DNA from: Sphaeroforma arctica JP610
Lineage: Eukaryota
Assembly: GCF_001186125.1 (NCBI RefSeq)
Contig: NW_014040534.1
Coordinates: forward strand, 194,701 to 228,622
Length of the DNA stretch: 33,922 nucleotides
Reading direction: 5' to 3'
Shown piece after piece: positions 25,072 to 33,922 of this stretch (the first letter of the stretch is position 1; each line of letters opens with the position of its first letter). The position numbers and the translations under genes are program-made. The notes under the pieces were generated by a model, which did no database searches, was not told the DNA's origin, and worked only from the letters and a program-made list of their open reading frames with translations.

Positions 25072-28000
25072 ATGACTGTCCGACAAAACGAAGTAAGCCA
25101 CGGCCTCACACCGTTCCGTCTAGAACGATACTTTGCACAGTATGAGTTCAACGAGGGAATTAAGGTGTTGTGCAACTCCGACTGTGAACCTTACAAGATG
25201 CAAGAAGTCGTACAGATGGCCCGAGATAACAACCCGAAACTCGCCGATATGTGGGACAACCTGTCTCTAGGATACACCGAGTCAGGCGGACGTCACGAGC
25301 TTGTTGCCGAAATAAAAAAGTTGTACACAACTGACCCCAATGTGGTGGTGGTGACACCTGAAGAGGGTATATATTTATCTATGCGTGCCTTATTAAACAA
25401 AGGCGATGAGATTGTGGTTGCATTCCCTAACTACCAGTCGTTGTCGGAGATTGCCGTAGCGATTGGATGTGATGTGAAGCGGTGGATGCCGGATTTTCTG
25501 CCGGATGGAAGGTGTGTTATTGGGACTATTACCCACTGCATATGCAGCATCCTGGTGATATTACAATACCTGGTTTAGTGTGTATATGTTACACTCGGAG
25601 GGAATCACTATACTTCAAAGTGTGTATTTGCACCACATATGGGAAATGACTGTACCTTTAAGTCACTCAGAAAATATCTGATACCAATAGAGTAGACTCT
25701 TTGGATGCTTGTGGGGTTCATAGTTTTACGCGCCTAGTATGAGCGAGAAACCAAGTGAGTGAGTGTATCCATTTCGTGCTCGGTTTAATCATGGACAGAA
25801 TCGAGCTTGGGCTGAGTATATGCCTGCTTTCTTACACAACTGCGATGCGCACCCACTTTTAGAAAGCTTTGCTCGCGTTCATACACATGGGGACGCACCA
25901 ACGATCCATTAGTTTCCATTGTGTGCACGCAAGTACTACACAACTGGCTGTACCTCGGTACCTCACTTACACCTGATGCTCTAGGTCAAGCGAAATCTTG
26001 TTCACATACGACCGATTAGTAGTCTACATATCCGTCAAACTCTGTTTAGTAGCAAATGAGTTTAGCAAATGGGTTCACCATGAATATTCTCGGATGTTGT
26101 TTCATAGTCCGACCTCGGGAATAGAGAGAGGGAGAGAGTTACGCCCAGCCATAGAAATTCCCATAATGTCCGATAGACTTCTATATTTACTATGGCCGTA
26201 TGTATCCGAGTCCATGTAGTCTCTGAAGACATACGCCTTTGCATTCCATAGCAGTAGCCGCTCTAGTGTGGACACTGCACCGTGGTTGCTGTCTATTTAT
26301 TCCCCCAAAACCAGCGTGCGTTTAAGTCCACGTACTTGCTGAAGGAATATCTCTCCACTCTGCATCAGTATCCGGTTCAATGTGGACGCACTCAAGGGCC
26401 TGGTGACTGAAAAGACCAAATTGATTGTGTTCAACTTTCCGCATAACCCCTCGGGCCACCTCCTCACCAAAGAAGAACAGGCGAGTGTGATAGACATTGC
26501 CAAAGAGGTCAATGCGTGGGTGTTCAGCGATGAAATGTATCGAGGCTTAGAGTTTACCCCGGAAGACCAACTACCCGCAATCTGCGACTTGGGATACGAT
26601 CGGGCCGTACTGTTGTCCGGGATGTCCAAAACATACGTATGTATTCTATAACCATGTAGTTGTACATGTGTAAGACATACGTATGTACCCTATAACCATG
26701 TAGTTGCACATGTGTATGGCATACGTATGTACCCTATAGCCATTTTGTTGTACATAAGAGTGATGTGTAAGACATACGTTTGTACCCTATAACCATGTAG
26801 TTGTACATAAGTGATGTGTAAGACATACGAATGTACCCTATAACCATGTAGTTGTACATAATAATGATGTGTAAGACATTCGTATGTACCCTACAACCAT
26901 GTAGTTGTACATAAGTGATGTGTAAGACATACGTATGTACCCTATAACCATGTAGTTGTACATAATAATGATGTGTAAGACATACGTATGCACCCTATAA
27001 CCATGTAGTTGTGCATAGGAGTGACTTTAAGACATAAGCATATACCCTATAACCATGTAGTTGTACATAATAATGATGTGTAAGACATACGTATGCACCC
27101 TATAACCATGTAGTTGTGCATAGGAGTGACTTTAAGACATAAGCATATACCCTATAACCATGTAGTTGTACATAGGAGGGATGTCCAAGACATATGTCCG
27201 TAGCTTACAACAAAGGAGTGATGTCGACATTGTTTACATCTTCTACATCTAGTGTGAGGGGATGTCTAAGACCTACGTCTGTACCTTTATCTAGCCTACC
27301 TATGTACTCTGTACATGAGTGTGATGTCTACATCGCTCGAATTTCCTGCAACGATAGAGGGTGTCCAAGATCTACTTATGCGTAGCTCAGCGTCTGAAAC
27401 CCCGTGTAAGCGTGGTCGAAGTGGATCTCCTAGTGTGTGTGTGTGTGTTTGTTGGCGTTTACCCTATACAATGATCACGTGCCAATGCCTGGGTGTACAC
27501 TGCTGTGCCACACGCTCACTCGAAGGTCAAGGTTAAGCTTCCTCTCCTCTGAAGTGGACTCTGATGCACGCAGTCCCCACGTGCGCCCATCCCAGAACAC
27601 TGTTATCAATTGAACACGGTCTTTTATAATTAATACACTTGCAAGCCACACCCACATCTGGGAACCTGCCGACTCTACCTAAAATCGCTGCATGCCGATC
27701 TCTGCCGTATATACCCCGGTATGAGTACCCAACACACTTATCGGCACCACACAGAAACCCTTAAACCCTACACCTATGACCACTACACAGGCTCTACCGG
27801 GTATCCGCTTGGGCTGGATAGCTACGCCCAACGCTTGGCTGGCTGCGGAAGTACTGACACTCAAGGACTACACCACTATCTGCCCCCCTGCCCCCTCAGA
27901 GGTCCTGGGGCTGATTGCCCTGACAAACGGACCAGCGATCATTGCGAGGAACCTGGATGTGATCAAGACATGTAAGTGGTGTGTTGTGAGGATGTATTGC

Positions 28001-28695
28001 AGACGGTGATTGTTGAGGTTATAGTGATTGTAGTTATGTGATCAAGACATGTAAGTTGTGTGCTGTAAGGATGTATTGCAGACGGTGATTGTTAAGGTCA
28101 TAGTGATTGTAGTTATGTGATCAAGACAGGCAGGAGGACCCTCGTTACTGGTCTATACTATATATCGTTGGCCGATGGCGGAGATTCTTTTGCTTATACC
28201 TTTACCGTTAGAAACTTTTAAAGCTGCTCCAACCTGCCCAGACCTATTCAAATGCCCAAACCTATCCAGACCTACCGTTCAATCTGATAGTACCATGTGC
28301 CCATTACCCCACTCACAGCCCTTGCCGCGGTACAGACCTTCATGGATAACCACAAAGATATTCTCATCTGGAAAGCGCCTATGTCTGGCTCTATCGGATG
28401 GCCACTTATCCACCCCGATGCCAAGATGATGGTGGACGGGAGCCCTGTACCAGCTACTGCACGCCTGTTGTGTGATACGCTCGCGGAGAAGCACTCCATT
28501 CTGCTTTTGCCCGGCGATTTGTTTGTGTCGAGTAACTTGAGCCCGGAGACTGCGTATGTCGCGCGTGGAGTTGCTCTGGATGTTTATTTGCTGCTGGTTG
28601 TTACTTTCAGATATTGTCAGGATTGGTTTAGGATATTTATATTAGTTTGGACCGGTTGTGCACAGATATACATGTATATGTGTACATATGTGATG

Positions 28696-28747
<52 letters not shown>

Positions 28748-29233
28748 TTGAAATAAGTTTGAATCGGTTGTGCACAGATATACATCTAGGTGTGTACATA
28801 TGTGATAAGATATATATACATGTGTCTGTGTCTGTGTGTCTGTGTCTGTGTCTGTGTACGAAAAGGGTACATCAGGTACATCTAAAGATCTATATACGCA
28901 TGCTATGTGCGTATGTATAGTGAAGATTGCGCAAGATAGATTTCAAGTAGAGTGCGCATGTACAGCTAACGTACTTCGTGCCATACTTTTTGGGATTGTT
29001 AGCATGCGGAAGTGTGTAGCAGGCTGTATTTTCGAGGAGGTCGAGCTGGTCTATATCGTCGAGGTTAATGAATCCTTCACTAGCTCACCTATGCGTCGCA
29101 ACACCTTTTATACTTTTCATTTCTATACAGAGCTGCGTGCTCACAGCATTTCCGCTTCGGATTGGGCCGTACGGACACGGTTGAGAATATCGATTTGCTG
29201 GAGAAAGTCATTCGCAAAGTGCTCTTTGTTTAA
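25072..29233 (+). CDS. PLP-dependent aminotransferase class I/II (bacterial-like; capreomycidine synthase/VioD-like subgroup suspected)
   Basis: Exons 25072-25511, 26369-26636, 27791-27971, 28319-28553, 29131-29233 (TAA), phases 2,0,1,2. Motifs: FRLERYFAQYEF...SDCEP, LGYTESGG, PNYQSL, NFPHNPSG, FSDEMYRGLE, SGMSKTY|ALPGIRLGW (PLP lysine), LLLPGDLF, HFRFGLGR. Confidence 0.93.
26628..27200. repeat. ~45-55-bp tandem repeat, about 12 copies, starting at the aminotransferase exon-2 donor
   Basis: Unit AAGACATACGTATGTACCCTATAACCATGTAGTTGTACATA(ATA)ATGATGTGT; the first unit overlaps the exon end AAAACATAC|GTATGT. Confidence 0.95.
27958..28128. repeat. 79-bp tandem repeat (2 copies plus a partial) starting in the aminotransferase exon-3 end
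   Basis: TGTGATCAAGACAT|GTAAGT.GTGTG.TGT.AGGATGTATTGCAGACGGTGATTGTT.AGGT.ATAGTGATTGTAGTTA repeated. Confidence 0.92.
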
Positions 29234-29387
29234 GTTTATTATTGGCTATAAGGGTCCCAATGCTAATAAACCAATACTAAACAATCGGATAGCCTTCGTC
29301 CAAGGACAGTTGTAAATTACTTGAGATATATTGGATGCGTGTTCTGATACGTAAGTGTGTGTAAGTTGGTGTATATTTGCAAATGGA

Positions 29388-29396
29388 TGTATATAT

Positions 29397-29428
<32 letters not shown>

Positions 29429-29595
29429 CAATATATATATATATGTATGCATATATATATATATATATATATATTACGTTAGTATTATATATATATATAT
29501 ATTTATCCTATACATATATATTTATATATTGCATATATATATATATATGAATATATATATGTATATTTCAAATATATATATATATATATATATAT
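29388..29595. repeat. Degenerate (TA)n tract downstream of the aminotransferase
   Basis: Seen directly. Confidence 0.9.
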
Positions 29596-31156
29596 TAAAA
29601 GATCGTGTGCAACAGTATTTAGACATGTGTACGCTAGGTTAGCGAGATAAAAGTTGTAGCTCAGTATTTCTATATACTGGTCAGAGTCATTTGTGTATGT
29701 TATAACAGATTCTTTCTGTACTACGCACGTATTGGTAACATAGAGACAATAATTCGGCGCTTCAAGTATAAAATATACAGTTGATACATGTTTTTAGTAT
29801 CATTTGTTCCCAGTACCGTACTCAGAGAGAAGTTTTCATGTGACATTGCTTATTGGTTCGAGCGTGACTCACTACAATGCCAGTGGACTACGCTCTTTAC
29901 ATCCATTGTCCGAAGTAAGAGAAGTTTCCAGATAAGCTTCCGGAAGAGATAGTTCAAATATCAGTCTACTACCCCTATGTGGTCTGCGGTACCCTGTATT
30001 AACACTGGTCAACCGAACCGAAACAGGCTATACATTTTTATTCTACGGTTGGGAATCACCTACTTCAATGCTTCGCAGGATAGACACCTTGGCCTGATAC
30101 TCCTAGCGATATATAGTACAAAGCTGATTCACCCCTTTCTAGTACGTAAAAGTATACCATACTTTATTGCTCTTCTGATCAGACACTCTGGTCTGCCCTC
30201 GCTGGTGATATCACGTGCGACGTTGGGTCGATCTTGCTTAGTTGATACGCTATACCACACCTGATTCTTCTCCTGGTTGAGCTTTACACTCTGTTATAAA
30301 TACAATACAAGTGGCTCCCTGTAAGTTTGCACCAGGGCTTTAAGATCGCTACCCAAATATTGAACACAATTCCATTCCTGGACGCTTGTTGTCCCACTAA
30401 CTGGCGATCTCTCAATTGTTTATACTACCTCATGTTTCGAACGCCACCCCCATCTCTTGGCGCAGTCCCGTTGCTTGGCAACGTTACCCATATCTGGTGA
30501 CTCTGATACATATCCATTGATTGGCTTTGGCACATCAGTTGACATTGTATCATCGTTTGGCGTTGTACCCTGATCGGACGTGGTCTGACGTAGCGATGAC
30601 TCATATACCGTTAATCATAAGTCTGTCCGGGTGTTCCCCTTGTTTGCCTGAACTGTCTATCACCGCTTCTTCGTTGTTTATAGTCAGCTCTTGATACTGA
30701 TTCATTCTTGGGCCTTGTGTTGTGCCACACTTCAGCGCGGTCACATATAACGTGGTCGTTGCCTATATACTCTCCCATGACAAACCGCTGTTCCATGTCG
30801 TCACTTTTCTTTGTTGTATTCTCTCATTTGACTCTGGTCTCTGAAACGTCCCACCACATCTGTCTACTTAGCCGTTTCGTGGATGCGAGGGGCAGTGTGG
30901 GTACCAAATTGTGCGACATAGCTACTGAAGGCTTTCATATGATATGTGACAGTAGCTACATGCCCGGCAATCCGGCGATAGAACCTCTGATAACCTTCAA
31001 TATAAAGATAGCAGCAACTATACATATGGGGCTAATCCGTCTAATCCATATATAGGCCTATCTGAGCCTTGACACTCTTTGTGCCTGCACAGGAGTGGTG
31101 AGTCTCGTTCTGCGCTATATAGGAGCTTTTCTTAGGGTTGTATCGCTTGTTTGGGT

Positions 31157-33230
31157 CTACTTATTCGGCGTTAACCCGTTGTTTGGGGTTGGTCTGTGGG
31201 GTGTTCCTTTGGGAGTGTGCATGGGAGTTGTGTGTCGGCTGGCGGATGGTCTGTACGAAGGGGAGTGCGGCTGCAGAGACATACAAGAAAAAACGTTGTG
31301 AGAAGATAACTGACAGTGTACATTCACGTATATACTAATAACTGTACCATTGTGAGACAGATTGATATAGATACCGAGCTTATTCACGTATATATATGTT
31401 TGGATTTCGACCCATCAATACTGGCATCAAATATATGTAGTATGCATAGTCGTACATATACAAATACATACATACAAGGGTATGTGCAGAAGTATACTTT
31501 AGCCTGGGTCAGGTATATCTTCGCCAAGCCAGACGTCTACCAAATATTCTTGGCTTGATATCTACACACCTTAGCCTGGGCGTGAGTGTCGAAGTACAGC
31601 TGGTACATGATCACTGGGATGCACACTATCACTGGCCCGATTAGCGCCCCCTGCAAACCCCACCGTGACAGTCCCATGACGATGCTCATGCCGGTCACAT
31701 AGGCTGTATTATATGATTAGAATACGTTAGCATGATTAGTAGAGATAATAGGATTAGTATACGATTATGATGTGTGTTAGTTGTAGCATTGGTCACCTAA
31801 CCTGTATTATAATATGATTAGTATACGATTGAGATACGTGTTAACTGTAACATTGGTCACCTAAGCTGTATTATAATTTGATTAGTATACGATTATGATG
31901 TGTTTTAGTTGTAACATTGGTCACCTAGGCTGTACTATAATATGATTAGTATACGATTGAGATGTGTGTTAACTGTAACATTGGTCACCAAAGCTGTATT
32001 ATAATTTGATTAGTATACGATTATGATGTGTTTTAGTTGTAACATTGGTTACCTAAGCTGCATTATAATATGATTAGTATACGATTGAGATGTGTGTTAG
32101 TTGTAACATTTGTCACCTAAACTGTAATATAATATGATTAGTATACGATTGAGATACGTGTTAACTGTAACATTGGTCACCTAAGCTGTATTATAATTTG
32201 ATTCGTATACGATTATGANNNNNNNNNNNNNNNNNNNNNNNNNNNNNNNNNNNNNNNNNNNNNNNNNNNNNNNNNNNNNNNNNNNNNNNNNNNNNNNNNN
32301 NNNNNNNNNNNNNNNNNNNNNNNNNNNNNNNNNNNNNNNNNNNNNNNNNNNNNNNNNNNNNNNNNNNNNNNNNNNNNNNNNNNNNNNNNNNNNNNNNNNN
32401 NNNNNNNNNNNNNNNNNNNNNNNNNNNNNNNNNNNNNNNNAGATACGTGTTAACTGTAACATTGGTCACCTAAGCTGTATTATAATTGATTCGTATACGA
32501 TTATGATGTGTTTTAGTTGTAACATTGGTCACCTAAGCTGTATTATTATATGATTAGTATACGATTGAGATGTGTGTTAACTGTAATATTGGTCACCTAA
32601 GCTGTATTATAATTTGATTAGTATACGATTATGATGTGTGTTAGTTGTAACATTGGTTACCTAAGCTGTATTATAATATGATTAGTATACGATTGAGATG
32701 TGTGTTAGTTGTAAGATTGGTTACCTAAGCTGTATTATAATATGGTTAGTATACGATTGAGATGTGTGTTAGTTGTAACATTGGTCACCTAAACTGTATT
32801 ATAATATGATTAGTATACGATTGAGATACGTGTTAACTGTAACATTGGTCATTAAAGCTGTATTATAATATGATTGGTATATTGTGTGCTAGTGCTGATT
32901 GTAACATTCAGCCATATTTTATATTAATGCAGGATAGATGAGTGGTAGTGTGCAATTATACTTTTATGTGGGCATTGATTTGTACCGCGACATAATAGTG
33001 TTTAATATCGCACACACCCGCGCAAGAACCACAATGTTGTAGGCTGCGTTTACATGCAACAATCAACAATCCGGCATTAAACATCTCTGATGGATATATA
33101 TATATATACCAAACGCACAGGTACTTACGGTGCGAGGACGGGATCTCGCCATAGATAGCTGGGTCTACAAACCAGACGAGCCCATAATGCATCAGAAACA
33201 GCCACAGCGCACTAAGAGTGGAGCCTCTGG
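31157..33230 (-). CDS. TMEM245: C-terminal part of TMEM245-like / AI-2E-family membrane protein; 5' end lies beyond the window
   Basis: Exons 33230-33129, 31703-31570, 31270-31157 (TAG) give LWLFLMHYGLVWFVDPAIYGEIPSSH|PYVTGMSIVMGLSRWGLQGALIGPVIVCIPVIMYQLY. This matches the TMEM245 pattern VDTAIYSDI...HPYLTGLAVAGG...GLEGAIIGPILLC. The last exon is less certain. Confidence 0.8.
31693..32880. repeat. 59-bp minisatellite array (alternating variants, interrupted by an N gap) anchored at the TMEM245 acceptor
   Basis: Unit GATTAGTATACGATT(A/G)(T/A)GATGTGTGTTAGTTGTAACATTGGTCACCTAAGCTGTATTATAATAT, about 15 visible copies. Confidence 0.97.
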
Positions 33231-33922
33231 CTGTTAGAAAGGTGGCAACAAGCAGTGGGAGAGACACGTTAATTCATGTGCGTATGTTGTATCACATTTA
33301 TCTATCCATTGAACACGGTTCGATATAGCCGCGTGACTATGGAAAAGTAGGTGTAGTATTGGACAGTATATAACCAAGGACAGTGGGGGGTTGTTTCGAT
33401 AGGGATTGGTTTCGCTATAGATGGGAGTGTGCAGGGTATCAGCCGCAGACGAGGTCTTGGGAAGAGCGAGAGAAATGTTTGTGAAGCGCACCTGAAATGT
33501 TCGGTTCTGGTGACTCGCTTTCCTAAACCCTAAATACTAAAACCCTAGAACCATGACCTCTCGAACTACAACATGACATTTAACGGGTGAGGTGTATGCA
33601 GAGGTGCTTTCGATTTTAGCTGGCAACAAATGATTATCACAAGGCGATACAAAGGTGCGGTGGTCATTGAATGTGGTGAGAGATCGATATGGAGGCAGAT
33701 TGAGTGCTGTATATAACAGACTTGTATGCCGGTAGCATGTGGGCATGAGATATATACCTTCGTGAAGTACAGGGATACATACATGTATTTTATGGGTACA
33801 TGCATGTGTATATATATATATACATGTGCATCTGTATTTGTACAAATGATACACTTTATACTAATAATAACTTACGGGTACTTGTATATCTATGGATATA
33901 TATATATATATATATATATGTA

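Noticed and set aside
26628..27200. Regular repeat arrays (also 20351-20600 and 31693-32880) as CRISPR arrays
   Set aside because: Units are contiguous with no unique spacers, they lie inside spliceosomal introns, and there are no cas genes.
16751..29233. SerRS plus aminotransferase as a biosynthetic cluster with a resistance aaRS
   Set aside because: The SerRS looks like the ordinary mitochondrial housekeeping enzyme and no other biosynthetic genes are nearby, so adjacency alone is insufficient.
30800..31159. TAG readthrough or an alternative genetic code (run of in-frame TAGs after the TMEM245 stop)
   Set aside because: No in-frame TAG in any conserved exon of SerRS, the aminotransferase or KA1; chance or decay is sufficient.
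33234..33491. Additional TMEM245 exon after TTTCAG at ~33492
   Set aside because: The translation is not hydrophobic or family-like and no convincing donor was found; treated as intron.

Overview
Intron-rich eukaryotic draft-assembly DNA with five N gaps and many (TA)n/(GT)n/(CA)n tracts. The style suggests a unicellular holozoan such as an ichthyosporean, but this is inference only. I reconstructed five spliced genes by hand, with consistent intron phases: (1) the 3' part of a KA1-domain MARK/Par-1/Kin1-type kinase (+, ends 4520); (2) an arfaptin-like AH/BAR protein (-, 15719->10134); (3) mitochondrial-type seryl-tRNA synthetase (+, 16751-23421), head-to-head with the arfaptin gene; (4) a bacterial-looking class I/II PLP aminotransferase (+, 25072-29233); (5) the 3' part of a TMEM245/AI-2E-like membrane protein (-, ends 31157). 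Between the kinase and arfaptin lies a decayed DIRS-type retrotransposon relic (RNase H, methyltransferase-like and YR N-terminal remnants). The most distinctive signal is in the introns. They repeatedly contain duplicated copies of neighbouring exon ends and splice junctions, some amplified into minisatellites. There are also two apparently dead duplicate SerRS exons, one diverged mainly at third codon positions. Several introns have GT-rich 5' ends and CA-rich, pyrimidine-tract-poor 3' ends.
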